Below the pieces are notes generated by a model. That model was given only the letters and a program-made list of their open reading frames with translations. It did not search any database and was not told where the DNA came from. A DNA stretch of 64,000 nucleotides from an uncultured candidatus Porisulfidus sp. (GTDB lineage: Bacteria > Pseudomonadota > Gammaproteobacteria > Poriferisulfidales > Poriferisulfidaceae). Positions 9,688 through 20,202 of this stretch are shown here, piece by piece (the first letter of the stretch is position 1; every line of letters begins with the position of its first letter). Made by a program: the position numbers and the translations under genes. The stretch is taken from the NCBI GenBank assembly GCA_965199755.1, contig CBDASZ010000001.1:32001-96000 (forward strand), in the 5' to 3' direction.

Positions 9688-10932
9688 ATGATCCTCGGTT
9701 CCGCCCTGTTTATCGTCGCTGTCTTGCTGGTGCTCGGTCTGCTGCTGCGGCCACTGGCCAACCGTCTGCTGCTGCCCTTCGAGGCGCTGCTGCTGGCGCT
9801 CGGCTTCGCCTTCGGCAGCCTTTACGTCGACGCCCAGCAACTCGGCATTGAGCCTGATGTACTGCGCACCTTGGTGTTCTACGTGGTGCTGCCAGTGCTG
9901 ATCTTCTCCACCGCCTACAGTATCAATGCGCCGCAACTGGCGCGCAATCTGCTGAGTCTGCTGATTCTGGCCGTGCCGGTGGCGCTTATCTCGCTAGCAT
10001 TGAGCAGTGTGCTGATCTACTACGGTATCGGGCATCCGAGCGGCTTCCCCTGGCTCGCCGCGCTACTCACCGGCACCATGCTGATGGCCACCGACAACCG
10101 TGCGCTGCGACACACCTTCGAGCATCTGGGCCTGTCGGATGAATTGCGGGTGCTTATCAACGGCGAGGATCTGCTCAACAACGCCACCAGCATCGTGCTG
10201 TTCACCTTGATTTTGGGCTTCGCCACACAAGGCATGCCGACGCCGAGCCAGGTGATGGGCTTTCTGGTCTGGAACGTACTCGGAGGCATCCTCATCGGGT
10301 TGATACTGGGTTTCATCGCGCTGGTCTTTCTGCGGATGCGCAAGCCTGAAACGGTCGAGCGCGCCATCCTGACCGTGCTGGTTGCCCATTTGTCCTATCT
10401 GGTGGCCGATCAGTTGCTGGGGGCCTCCGGGGTGCTGTCGGTGCTGATTGCCGCTTTGATCATGGGCCGCACCATGCACGAGGATCTGTACGCCGCGCAC
10501 GATGACTTCGTCGATGAGTTCTGGCATCTGAGCGCCAGTTTGTCAGGCTACCTGCTGTATGTGGTTCTGGGTCTGCTGATTACGTTGGATCTGAACCTGT
10601 TTAGCGATCGCTGGCTGGCGATTTTGATTGGTGCCGGTGCCGTCGTGCTGGCGCGCATTGTCGGACTGGCGGTGATCATGCCGATTCTGGTCCAGCGCCA
10701 CAGCCATCTGATCGACGTCGCCCACCACAACATCCTGTTCTTCACCGGGACGCGCGGCGCGGTGACGCTCGGTCTGGCACTGAGTGTGCCGCCGGATCTG
10801 GAGTATTACTGGACCATTGAGGCGATCGGGTTTGGGGTCGTGCTGCTGACCCTGCTGGCGCAAGCGCCCTTCCTGGAATTGTTCCGCAAGAAGAAAAAAA
10901 ACGGTCTCGAAACTGATCCCACAGGAACCTGA
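9688..10932 (+). CDS. CPA1/NhaP-type cation:proton antiporter
   Basis: Highly hydrophobic; ATD, GEDLLNNA (GESLxND variant), SGVLSV and GTRGAVTLGLALS motifs. Confidence 0.85.
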   Translation: MILGSALFIVAVLLVLGLLLRPLANRLLLPFEALLLALGFAFGSLYVDAQQLGIEPDVLRTLVFYVVLPVLIFSTAYSINAPQLARNLLSLLILAVPVALISLALSSVLIYYGIGHPSGFPWLAALLTGTMLMATDNRALRHTFEHLGLSDELRVLINGEDLLNNATSIVLFTLILGFATQGMPTPSQVMGFLVWNVLGGILIGLILGFIALVFLRMRKPETVERAILTVLVAHLSYLVADQLLGASGVLSVLIAALIMGRTMHEDLYAAHDDFVDEFWHLSASLSGYLLYVVLGLLITLDLNLFSDRWLAILIGAGAVVLARIVGLAVIMPILVQRHSHLIDVAHHNILFFTGTRGAVTLGLALSVPPDLEYYWTIEAIGFGVVLLTLLAQAPFLELFRKKKKNGLETDPTGT

Positions 10933-10998
10933 GCCATCACGCTTGGGCAGTTTCTCCGTTAATTCCCTATAATTAGACTCCGCATAGGGGGCCAAACA

Positions 10999-11481
10999 GT
11001 GGAGCTGGCTTTAAAACAACGGCTGCTGGGTGCCGTAGTCCTGATTTCCATCGGCATCATTGTGATTCCGATGCTCCTCGACACCACGCCGCAGGAACCC
11101 GTCGCACCGCTGGCGACCACTCAGGTCGAGCAGCTGACTTTCACGCACCAGTCACTGCCGGAGGCATTGCCGTCGGAAGTTCAGGAAGTGTTCCCGGAAC
11201 AGGACCCGCTCACCGCATCCAGTGATGAACGGCGCGAGAAATGGTTTGTGCAGGTCGGATTGTTCGCCGATCAAGGCAACGCGAAAAAACTGCAGGTACG
11301 CATGAAGGAAGCGGGCTATCGCTCCGAGTTGGTCGCACAAGAGCGCGACGGCAAACAAATGCAACTGGTCTGGGTAGGCCCCTACTACTCGCAGTCTGAA
11401 GCGGAACATGTGCTGCAGGGAATCAAGAAGAAAGCCGCACTGACGGACGCACATAAGGGCTGGGTCGTCAAACAACTGTGA
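10999..11481 (+). CDS. dedD: SPOR-domain cell division protein DedD
   Basis: KQRLLGAVVL N-terminal TM, SPOR domain, located upstream of cvpA-purF. Confidence 0.88.
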   Translation: MELALKQRLLGAVVLISIGIIVIPMLLDTTPQEPVAPLATTQVEQLTFTHQSLPEALPSEVQEVFPEQDPLTASSDERREKWFVQVGLFADQGNAKKLQVRMKEAGYRSELVAQERDGKQMQLVWVGPYYSQSEAEHVLQGIKKKAALTDAHKGWVVKQL

Positions 11482-12029
11482 GCGTTCTTGGGGCGACCAT
11501 TCTGGACGTGGTGATCACGGCCATCCTCCTGATTTCCGGGACCCTGAGTTGGGTGCGCGGCTTTGCGGAAGAACTGGTGACCCTGCTGTGCTGGGCGCTG
11601 GCGCTGTTCGTCGGCATTCAGTTCGCCGAATTTGGCGCGCAATTCATCCCTGAGTCCTGGGACACGGTCAGCATCGGCGGGCGGCACTACGGACTGAGTG
11701 AGTTTCACACGCTGTTCGCCGGTTTTGTGCTGGTGCTGATCACCTTCATTCTGGCCTCACAACTGCACCGACTGCTCGACCCCCTGATGCAAAACAATAT
11801 CATGCGCCGCGGCAACCGCGCGATCGGCTTTGTATTCGGACTGGTGCGCGGCAGTGTCGTAGTACTGATGCTGGTGCTGATTCTCGGCACCACCACGGTG
11901 CCGCAATCCGGCTTCTGGCAGGAATCCCAACTGATCCCGTACTTCGTCGGTGCCGCGCAGCACATCATCGACTGGATGCCGGAAAGCTGGCACCATTATT
12001 TCCACTACCCCGCGGCCACGGCGGTATAA
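11478..12029 (+). CDS. cvpA: Colicin V production protein CvpA
   Basis: RGF.EE, GFVFGLVRG, W.ES.LIP; dedD-cvpA-purF synteny. Confidence 0.92.
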   Translation: MSVLGATILDVVITAILLISGTLSWVRGFAEELVTLLCWALALFVGIQFAEFGAQFIPESWDTVSIGGRHYGLSEFHTLFAGFVLVLITFILASQLHRLLDPLMQNNIMRRGNRAIGFVFGLVRGSVVVLMLVLILGTTTVPQSGFWQESQLIPYFVGAAQHIIDWMPESWHHYFHYPAATAV

Positions 12030-12040
12030 CGGAGACCCTT

Positions 12041-13510
12041 ATGTGCGGACTGATTGGCATCGCCGGGCACTCACCGGCGGCGGAACCCCTCCACGAAGGA
12101 CTCACCGTGCTGCAGCACCGCGGTCAAGACGCCGCTGGACTGACCACCTACGACGGACAAGACCACTTCCATGAGGTGCGCGGCAATGGACTGATCCGCG
12201 ATGTATTCCGCGGCAAGAAAATGTCGCGCCTGAAGGGCAATATCGGCATCGGTCACTTGCGCTATCCGACCGCCGGCACCGAAAAGTCCGAAGAAGCGCA
12301 GCCGCTGTATGTCAATTCGCCCTACGGCATCGCGCTGGCCCACAACGGCAATCTAATCAACACTCGCGAACTGCGGCTGGAGTTGTTCCGTGAAGACCGT
12401 CGCCACATCAACACCGAATCCGACTCCGAAATTCTGCTGAATGTGCTGGCGCATGAATTGCTGGAGCAGCCTGAGCCGCAGTCGAATGATCCGCAGAGTG
12501 TTTTCCGCGCCGTCAGTGCCGTCAATCGCCGCTGCACCGGTGCCTACGCTGCGGTCTGCCTGATCGCGGGCTGGGGCATTTTGGCCTTCCGCGACCCGCA
12601 CGGCATCCGCCCGCTGGTGTACGGCAAGCGCGAGACCGAGCACGGCCCGGAGCATATGGTGGCATCGGAAAGCGTCGCCCTCGACATGCTGGGATTCACG
12701 CTGGAACGTGATCTGTATCCGGGCGAAGCCATACTGCTGGGCCTTGATGGCAGCGTGCACAGTGAGATCTGCGGTACGGCGCAAAACCATACGCCATGCA
12801 TCTTCGAGTATGTGTATTTCGCGCGACCGGATTCCGTGATGAATGGCATTTCGGTGCAGCGCTCGCGCATGCGCATGGGCAAGCGGCTGGCCAACCGGAT
12901 CCTGCGCGAATGGCCTGACCACGACATCGATGTGGTGATTCCGATCCCCGACACCAGCCGCACGGCGGCGCTGGAGATGGCTTACCGACTGAACCGGCCG
13001 TATCGGGAAGGCTTCATCAAGAATCGCTACATTGGCCGCACCTTCATCATGCCGGAATCCACCATGCGCCGCCAGTCCGTGCGCCGCAAACTTAACCCGA
13101 TTCGCAACGAATACGAAGGCACCAATGTACTGCTGGTCGATGATTCCATCGTGCGTGGCACCACCTCGCGCGAAATCGTGCAAATGGCGCGCGACGCCGG
13201 TGCCAACAAGGTGTATTTCTCATCCGCATCACCGCCGATCCGCTACCCGAACATTTACGGCATCGATATGCCCACCGCCAAGGAATTGATCGCGCATGAT
13301 CGCAGTACACAGGAAGTATGTGACGCCATTGGCGCGGACCGGCTGATTTATCAGGATCATGCGGATCTGATCGCGGCGGTTCAGGAAGGTAATCCGGAAT
13401 TGCAGCACTTCGACAGTTCTGTGTTCACTGGCGAATACATCACCGGCATCCCCGACGGATACCTTGATGAACTGGAACAGTATCGAGGCGCACGCGAACG
13501 TGCCACCTGA
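12041..13510 (+). CDS. purF: Amidophosphoribosyltransferase
   Basis: MCG start, LQHRGQDAAG, CIFEYVYFARPDS, LLVDDSIVRGTT. Confidence 0.98.
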   Translation: MCGLIGIAGHSPAAEPLHEGLTVLQHRGQDAAGLTTYDGQDHFHEVRGNGLIRDVFRGKKMSRLKGNIGIGHLRYPTAGTEKSEEAQPLYVNSPYGIALAHNGNLINTRELRLELFREDRRHINTESDSEILLNVLAHELLEQPEPQSNDPQSVFRAVSAVNRRCTGAYAAVCLIAGWGILAFRDPHGIRPLVYGKRETEHGPEHMVASESVALDMLGFTLERDLYPGEAILLGLDGSVHSEICGTAQNHTPCIFEYVYFARPDSVMNGISVQRSRMRMGKRLANRILREWPDHDIDVVIPIPDTSRTAALEMAYRLNRPYREGFIKNRYIGRTFIMPESTMRRQSVRRKLNPIRNEYEGTNVLLVDDSIVRGTTSREIVQMARDAGANKVYFSSASPPIRYPNIYGIDMPTAKELIAHDRSTQEVCDAIGADRLIYQDHADLIAAVQEGNPELQHFDSSVFTGEYITGIPDGYLDELEQYRGARERAT

Positions 13511-13514
13511 AACC

Positions 13515-14087
13515 ATGAGTACGGCTGCTGAAATCACCTCCATTGAAGAGGAAGATCTGGTACACGCGCGCGAAGCCTGCGCACGTTTCCCGCAGTGCCA
13601 CCACCATCCTGTCTGCATCATCAGCGTACGCGACCAGGTGATGAAACTGGTGGAGGACGATCAAATCGTGCAAACCTATCCGGTCTCCACATCCCGTTAC
13701 GGCACCGGCGCTGAAGTCGACAGCTTCAAAACCCCGACTGGTGCGCACCGCATCGCCGAGCGCATCGGTGACGGCGTGCCGCTGCATACGATTTTCCGCG
13801 CCCGCGTGGCGCAACCTGAAATCGCTGAAGTGGAGATGCGCCCGCACCGCACCAAAGAAGATTGCATCACCACGCGCATCTTGTGGCTCGATGGACTGGA
13901 GCCCGGTCGCAATCAGGGCGGTGATGTGGACTCCAAGGAGCGCTTCATTTATATTCACGGCACCCATGAAGAAGGATTGCTCGGACAAGCCGCTTCAGTC
14001 GGCTGCATTCGTATGAGCGCCACCGATGTGGCGGAGTTGTTTGACCGGGTCCAGGTCGGAACCCTCGTGCTGATTCTGCCCACATGA
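13515..14087 (+). CDS. L,D-transpeptidase (YkuD family)
   Basis: YPVSTS, TPTG, IYIHGT..SVGCIRM catalytic motif; likely start ATG 13515. Confidence 0.88.
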   Translation: MSTAAEITSIEEEDLVHAREACARFPQCHHHPVCIISVRDQVMKLVEDDQIVQTYPVSTSRYGTGAEVDSFKTPTGAHRIAERIGDGVPLHTIFRARVAQPEIAEVEMRPHRTKEDCITTRILWLDGLEPGRNQGGDVDSKERFIYIHGTHEEGLLGQAASVGCIRMSATDVAELFDRVQVGTLVLILPT

Positions 14088-15328
14088 GCGGTCTGGAGAA
14101 ACGGCGGGCGCATCGCGCCGCGATGCTGCGTGACATTTTGGATGCCGCCATCGCGCGGGTCCGCGGCGACAGCGCGGTGCAGGAATGGCTCAAGGCCCAT
14201 CCGGAAGCGGGCGGCGATCACTTGATCGCCATCGGCAAGGCCGCCTCGGCGATGGCCCGCGGTGCCTTGCAGGAAAGAGACTTCGTCCGTGGCCTTGTCA
14301 TCACCAAGCACGACCATCTGGAAACGGATCTGGAGGGTGCCGCGCATATTGACTGTCTGGAATCCGATCACCCGGTGCCGGGTAGCGCTAGTCTGGAAGC
14401 CGGCCAACGACTGCTGGAATTTCTGGAGAAAGCGCCTGCGGATGCTTCGTTTCTGATCTTGATTTCAGGCGGCGCTTCAAGTCTGGTCGAGGCGCTTGCC
14501 CCGGGACTGGAACTTGATGATCTGCGTCGACTCACCGACCACTTGCTGAGCGAGGGACTGGACATAGCCCAGATGAACGCGGTGCGCCGTTCTATTTCGC
14601 GCATTAAGGGCGGACGACTGACGCATTATCTCAATGGACGCAAGACTATTGCGCTAATGATCTCTGACGTGCCCGAGAATGACCCGGCTGTGATCGGCTC
14701 CGGCCCGGTGACGCCGGAACCGGATACCACGCTTCCCGACGCGCTCAGTGCCTCCACGCTTGAAATTCTGGAGAAAGCGCAGCGTATACGCGCGCCTGAT
14801 GCTAGTGCTTTTTCCAATCTGCAATCCTATATCGTTGCAACACTCGGAGACGCCAAGCTGGCGGCGATGGATTATGCGTATGAGCTGGACTACTCGGTGA
14901 CCGCATATCCGCGATTTCTGGAAGGCGACGCGGAAGAGATCGGCTTGGCCTTGGCGCGACAGCTGAATGATTCATTCGCTGGCATTCATATCTGGGGCGG
15001 AGAGACCACTGTGCGGCTTCCCGAAAACCCAGGCCGCGGCGGGCGCAACCAGCATTTGGCGCTGGCAGCGGCCCAATTACTGGATGGTTATCGGCGCGTG
15101 GGGCTGTTGGCCTGCGGCACCGACGGCACCGATGGACCAACCGAAGATGCTGGCGGCGTGGTGGACGGCCACACTCTGAATTCTGGCCGGGAATTGGGCA
15201 TGGATGCGCACGATTACCTTGCACGCGCCGACGCAGGCACCTATCTGGACGGCGTCGGTGGACTGGTGACTACCGGTCCCACAGGCACCAATGTTATGGA
15301 TCTGGTGGTTGCGATCAAAGAGCACTAG
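14084..15328 (+). CDS. Glycerate kinase, class II (DUF4147/MOFRL, TtuD-like)
   Basis: IGKAA..MA, HPVP, LISGGASSL, GGETTV, GRGGRNQ, GTDGTDGPT, TGPTGTNVMD. Confidence 0.93.
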   Translation: MSGLEKRRAHRAAMLRDILDAAIARVRGDSAVQEWLKAHPEAGGDHLIAIGKAASAMARGALQERDFVRGLVITKHDHLETDLEGAAHIDCLESDHPVPGSASLEAGQRLLEFLEKAPADASFLILISGGASSLVEALAPGLELDDLRRLTDHLLSEGLDIAQMNAVRRSISRIKGGRLTHYLNGRKTIALMISDVPENDPAVIGSGPVTPEPDTTLPDALSASTLEILEKAQRIRAPDASAFSNLQSYIVATLGDAKLAAMDYAYELDYSVTAYPRFLEGDAEEIGLALARQLNDSFAGIHIWGGETTVRLPENPGRGGRNQHLALAAAQLLDGYRRVGLLACGTDGTDGPTEDAGGVVDGHTLNSGRELGMDAHDYLARADAGTYLDGVGGLVTTGPTGTNVMDLVVAIKEH

Positions 15329-15389
15329 ACGCACAAGCATTGCAGCATACCATTAATGTTGATGTTATTTTTTACATCAAAGACAACCT

Positions 15390-15950
15390 TCATGAGTTGC
15401 ATAGCCCTGTGGCATGGGGAAAATAAATATCCATATCAGGATCGCCTTCTGCCCAACCCTGCAGCCTTAGGTGCTGATCCCCTTGAATGATGGCAATAGC
15501 CCCATCTTCATTTTTCGAGAAACAAAGAACTTCTTCCGGCTCCATGCAATTCATAACTCTCATAGATTGAGTCACCAGCAGAATTTGTGCATCATAGAGG
15601 GAATTGAGCGATTGACAGACGTAATGCACTTCCATAGGGTGAATGCCATTTTCGGGGTCTTCTCAAATCGCAACTTCTTCTTCAAGTGCTTCGGAATTTC
15701 AAGCTCCACGGCCAACTCAAAACCCTTTGACACATCGGAACGTTGCCACACCAAATCCTGAAAATTATCCGTCCGCTTCCTTCCAGCCGCCTCCAATCCA
15801 TCAGATACGAGATCACCCAAGAAAGTTACGACATCCAGTAAGTGTGCTTTTTCCGCTTGCGTTCAGCCCCACCATGGCATGAAAAGAGCCCAACGCCACA
15901 TCCACATAACGCAGACAGCAGTAATTCAGGGCTTGAATTCGAGTAATCAT
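15390..15950 (-). pseudogene. ABC/AAA_21-type ATPase pseudogene (MAD3-like), frameshifted and internally deleted
   Basis: Manual translation: MITRIQALNYCCLRYVDVALGSFHAMVGLNASGKST / frameshift / LLDVVTFLGDLVSDGLEAA..RTDNFQDLVW ... / frameshift / EDPENGIHP..QSLNSLYDAQILLVTQS. GC is lower than in the flanks. Confidence 0.8.
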
Positions 15951-15976
15951 GATTCAAATGCAACTCTGGCAGCTGA

Positions 15977-16705
15977 TCAAGTCCCCTGTTGCGACACTGC
16001 CCGCACACCGGAAGCATCCGCCACCAGCCAACTGCCTTGCTCGTACCAGTCGCCAAGCACCACGCGCATAGCCTGTGCACCATCCAAGTCAAACTGATGC
16101 ACGGCGGGCCGATGCGTATGACCGTGAATTAGCTGCCGCACTCCAAACTCCCGCATGACCTGACACACGGCCTGTTCGTTGACATCCATGATCTGCATCG
16201 ACTTGCTGGCTACGGCCTGCGCGCTGACTTCACGCAAACGATTCGCCATGTGCTCCCGAACCCACCGCGGCAAAGCCCGGATCAGCATACGGCTTGCCGG
16301 ATGACGGATGCGGCGGCGGTAGTTCTGGTAGGCGACATCATCCGTACACAGCAAATCCCCGTGCTCCAGCAACGTCGGCGTGCCGTAGAGATCCACCACC
16401 TGTCTTTGCGGCAACAGCGCTATACCCGAACGCCGTGCGAATGCTTTCCCCAGCAGAAAATCACGGTTGCCGTGCAGAAAATGCACCGTAACCCCGCTTT
16501 GCGTCAGTTCCCGCAACGCCGCCAGCGCGTCTTCCAATCCTTGCGCGCGATCGTCATCGCCAATCCAGGACTCGAACAAGTCTCCCAGAATGTACAAAGC
16601 CTCGGCACCGCGCGCCTCAGTGCGCAGAAAATCCTCAAACGCGGCAATTAAAGCCGGACGCTGCGCATCCAGGTGCAGATCTGCGATAAACAGAGAATAT
16701 GACAT
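15977..16705 (-). CDS. lpxH: UDP-2,3-diacylglucosamine diphosphatase
   Basis: ADLHL, LGDLFESWIGDD, HGNRDFL, HGDLLCTDD, HGHTHRP, LGDW; start ATG 16705. Confidence 0.96.
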   Translation of the reverse strand: MSYSLFIADLHLDAQRPALIAAFEDFLRTEARGAEALYILGDLFESWIGDDDRAQGLEDALAALRELTQSGVTVHFLHGNRDFLLGKAFARRSGIALLPQRQVVDLYGTPTLLEHGDLLCTDDVAYQNYRRRIRHPASRMLIRALPRWVREHMANRLREVSAQAVASKSMQIMDVNEQAVCQVMREFGVRQLIHGHTHRPAVHQFDLDGAQAMRVVLGDWYEQGSWLVADASGVRAVSQQGT

Positions 16706-16756
16706 TGCAACAGGGATCCGGCCCAACAGGCTCGTTGTAGAATTATAGGGGGAGGT

Positions 16757-16785
16757 CTTGCAAAGTCCTCTCCAGCTCCCCATAT
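16757..16785 (+). promoter_or_regulatory. Sigma-32 (RpoH) heat-shock promoter for ftsH
   Basis: CTTGCAA-N14-CCCCATAT versus consensus CTTGAAA-N13/14-CCCCATNT; ftsH is a known sigma-32 regulon member. Confidence 0.7.
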
Positions 16786-16852
16786 CTGTATGTGTAGGCG
16801 CTGTTTCTGTTATCCTTAAGCAGCCACGCACAACGTTTGGGCGGCGAAACTT

Positions 16853-18781
16853 ATGAACAACATGCTCAAGAACCTGATTTTGTGGATCGCCATCGCCGCG
16901 GTGATGATGTCGGTCTTCAACAATTTCGCGCCAATCACGCAACCGCCAATCCAGTTGAGCTACTCGGACTTCATTGTCAGCATCAAGTCCGGCCAGATTC
17001 GCGAAGTCAACATCGACCCGGATGAGCGCACCATTACAGGCACCTTCCTGGACGGGCGCGACTTCACTACCACTGCGCTGCCTGACCCCAAATTAATGGA
17101 CGACCTGCTGGCGAACAACGTGGTGGTCGCCGGCGAGCCGCGCAAGCAGCGCTCGTTGCTGATGGAAATTCTGATCAGCTGGTTTCCACTGTTGTTACTG
17201 GTCGGCGTGTGGATCTTCTTCATGCGGCAGATGCAAGGCGGCGGACAAGGCCGCGGTGCGCTGTCTTTCGGCAAGAGCCGCGCGCGACTAACTTCCGAGG
17301 ATCAAAACAAGGTCACCTTCGCTGATGTCGCCGGTATTGAAGAGGCCAAAGAAGAAGTTCAAGAGCTGGTCGAGTTTCTGCGCGATCCTGAAAAGTTCCA
17401 GAAACTGGGCGGCAAAATTCCACGCGGCGTATTGATGGTCGGCTCCCCCGGCACCGGCAAAACCTTGCTGGCGCGCGCCATCGCGGGCGAGGCCAAGGTT
17501 CCGTTCTTCAGCATTTCCGGCTCGGACTTCGTTGAGATGTTCGTTGGCGTAGGTGCCTCCCGTGTGCGCGACATGTTCAATCAGGCCAAAAAGCATGGCC
17601 CCAGCATCATCTTCATCGACGAGATCGACGCAGTGGGACGGCATCGCGGTGCCGGACTTGGCGGCGGGCATGACGAACGCGAGCAGACGCTAAACCAGTT
17701 GCTGGTAGAAATGGACGGCTTTGCGGGCAATGAAGGCACCATTGTGATCGCCGCGACCAACCGCCCGGATGTACTGGATCCGGCCTTGTTGCGACCCGGC
17801 CGCTTTGATCGCCAGGTGGTGGTGCCGCTGCCTGACATTCGTGGCCGCGAGAAAATCCTGAACGTACATATGCGTCCAGTACCTACGCACAAGGATGTGG
17901 ATGCCCAAGTCATCGCGCGCGGCACACCGGGATTCTCCGGCGCGGACCTTGCCAATCTGGTCAATGAGGCCGCCTTGTTCGCCGCGCGAAAAAACAAGAA
18001 AAAAGTCGAGATGAGCGACTTTGAAATAGCCAAGGACAAAATCATGATGGGTTCGGAGCGGCGCTCCATGGTGATGAGCGAGGACGAGAAGAAACTCACC
18101 GCCTATCACGAATCCGGTCATGCCATCATCGGGCGCATCGTGCCTGATCACGATCCGGTGCACAAGGTCACCATCATCCCGCGCGGACGGGCGCTTGGAG
18201 TGACCATGTTTCTGCCGGAAGATGACCGCTACAGCAATACGCGCCAGCGGCTCAACAGCCAGATCTGCACGCTGTACGGCGGCCGTCTCGCTGAAGAGAT
18301 CATTTTCGGCGAGGAGCACGTGACTACCGGTGCGCAAAACGATATTGAGCGCGCGACGGATCTGGCGCGCAATATGGTGACCAAATGGGGCTTGTCAGGC
18401 AAACTCGGCCCGCTCGCCTACAGCGAGGAAGACAGTGAAGTGTTTCTGGGACATTCGGTGACCCGACACAAGACCATGTCGGACCGCACCGCACGCGCCA
18501 TTGACGAAGAGATCCGCCACATTATCGAGTCCAACTACGAGCGGGCACGCACTATCCTGCAGGACAATATGGAAAAACTGCATGTCATGGCGAGCGCGCT
18601 GATGAAATACGAAACCATTGACAGCGAGCAGATCAAGGAGATCATGGAAGGCAATCCAGTCAGCCCGCCCGCCGGGTGGGACGACGACTCGACCGGATCG
18701 GACGGCGACGCCCCTTCCTCGGAACAACCTGAAACGGCGGACACCGACACCCCCATCGGCAAGACGGCGGAACAGTATTAG
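16853..18781 (+). CDS. ftsH: ATP-dependent zinc metalloprotease FtsH
   Basis: Two TM helices, [18 protein letters not shown] region, HESGH. Confidence 0.99.
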   Translation: MNNMLKNLILWIAIAAVMMSVFNNFAPITQPPIQLSYSDFIVSIKSGQIREVNIDPDERTITGTFLDGRDFTTTALPDPKLMDDLLANNVVVAGEPRKQRSLLMEILISWFPLLLLVGVWIFFMRQMQGGGQGRGALSFGKSRARLTSEDQNKVTFADVAGIEEAKEEVQELVEFLRDPEKFQKLGGKIPRGVLMVGSPGTGKTLLARAIAGEAKVPFFSISGSDFVEMFVGVGASRVRDMFNQAKKHGPSIIFIDEIDAVGRHRGAGLGGGHDEREQTLNQLLVEMDGFAGNEGTIVIAATNRPDVLDPALLRPGRFDRQVVVPLPDIRGREKILNVHMRPVPTHKDVDAQVIARGTPGFSGADLANLVNEAALFAARKNKKKVEMSDFEIAKDKIMMGSERRSMVMSEDEKKLTAYHESGHAIIGRIVPDHDPVHKVTIIPRGRALGVTMFLPEDDRYSNTRQRLNSQICTLYGGRLAEEIIFGEEHVTTGAQNDIERATDLARNMVTKWGLSGKLGPLAYSEEDSEVFLGHSVTRHKTMSDRTARAIDEEIRHIIESNYERARTILQDNMEKLHVMASALMKYETIDSEQIKEIMEGNPVSPPAGWDDDSTGSDGDAPSSEQPETADTDTPIGKTAEQY

Positions 18782-18803
18782 GCGCTGACGCCGGAAGTCG
18801 GCC

Positions 18804-20138
18804 ATGCCCCGCAAGCATTTCGGTACCGACGGCATCCGCGGGCAGGTCGGACACGCGCCGATGACCCCGGATTTCGTGCTGCAACTCGGCTGGGCGATCG
18901 GTCAGGTGCTCGGCGCGCAGGACAATTCCCCCAAAATTCTGGTTGGCAAAGACACGCGCCAGTCCGGCTACATGTTTGAGTCGGCGCTGGAGGCCGGATT
19001 GTCCGCTGCCGGCGTCAATGTGCTGCTGCTCGGCCCGCAGCCAACCCCGGCGATCTCCTATCTGACACGTGAACTCGGCGGCTGCGCCGGCATTGTCGTA
19101 TCCGCCTCGCACAACCCGCATCACGACAACGGCATCAAGATTTTCGGCGCGGACGGCTTCAAGTTGCCGGACGCGGTGGAGCAGGAGATTGAAGCCTGTC
19201 TGGAACGCCCCCTCACCATTCAGCCGGAATCCCTGCCTGGCAAGGCGCGCCGCGTCGTGGATGCCACAGAACGCTACCTGGAATTTTGCAAAAGCACCGT
19301 GGCTTCGGATTTTCGACTGGACGGTATGAAACTTTTGGTGGACTGCGCACACGGTGCCGGCTATCAACTGGCCCCTCAGTTGTTTCGCGATCTGGGCGCT
19401 GAAGTCATCGCGCTCGGTATCGATCCTGACGGGGTCAACATCAATGACGGCTGCGGATCAACCGTCCCGGAGTACGCCCAAGCGCAGGCGCGGAAACAGC
19501 AGGCGGACCTGGCAGTGATTATGGATGGGGATGGGGACCGACTGCTGATGATCGACGAACAGGGAGAGATTGCGGACGGCGATGACTTGCTTTATGTGAT
19601 TGCGCGCTCGCGGCAGCAGCAAGACTGCCTGAATGGCGGGGTTGTTGGCACATTGATGAGCAATCTGGGACTGGAGCAGGCGCTGCAGCGATGTGACATC
19701 CCGTTCGTGCGCGCCGCGGTGGGCGATCGCTACGTGCAGGAGCAACTACGCGAGCGCAACTGGCAGATTGGCGGGGAAACTTCGGGGCATCTGATTTGCC
19801 GCGACCGCTGCTGGGCCGGCTGTGCGCTAATTGCGGCATTGCAGGTCTTGGAGGCTTTGCAGATCCTGCGCGCGCCGCTGTCTGAAATTCGCGCCGAGAT
19901 CCACAAGTACCCGCAGGTCATGATTAATGTGCGATGCGATAACGGCCAAGGCATCAGTGATGCGGCCAAAGCGGCTGTCGCAGATGCCGAGCGCACCCTG
20001 AACGCGCAAGGGCGCGTATTGCTGCGGCCTTCCGGGACCGAACCGGTCATGCGGGTGATGGTGGAAGGCGAAGACGCGACGATGATCAATCATCTGGCAC
20101 AGGACATCGCGGCCTCTATCAATACTGAAAACGGATGA
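18804..20138 (+). CDS. glmM: Phosphoglucosamine mutase
   Basis: FGTDGIRG, GKDTR, SASHNP, DGDGDR, RPSGTEP. Confidence 0.97.
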   Translation: MPRKHFGTDGIRGQVGHAPMTPDFVLQLGWAIGQVLGAQDNSPKILVGKDTRQSGYMFESALEAGLSAAGVNVLLLGPQPTPAISYLTRELGGCAGIVVSASHNPHHDNGIKIFGADGFKLPDAVEQEIEACLERPLTIQPESLPGKARRVVDATERYLEFCKSTVASDFRLDGMKLLVDCAHGAGYQLAPQLFRDLGAEVIALGIDPDGVNINDGCGSTVPEYAQAQARKQQADLAVIMDGDGDRLLMIDEQGEIADGDDLLYVIARSRQQQDCLNGGVVGTLMSNLGLEQALQRCDIPFVRAAVGDRYVQEQLRERNWQIGGETSGHLICRDRCWAGCALIAALQVLEALQILRAPLSEIRAEIHKYPQVMINVRCDNGQGISDAAKAAVADAERTLNAQGRVLLRPSGTEPVMRVMVEGEDATMINHLAQDIAASINTENG

Positions 20139-20202
20139 TTACTGCAGGTGCTTTGACCTGCCCTTATAATTCGCGCCGCGTTTATTCTTAAGTTTTACTG
20201 TT

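Noticed and set aside
8139-20162. Similar GCAGG-N7/8-CCTGC inverted repeats upstream of the glutamate synthase-like gene and of tpiA
   Set aside because: Short GC-rich arms with different spacing; compatible with chance.
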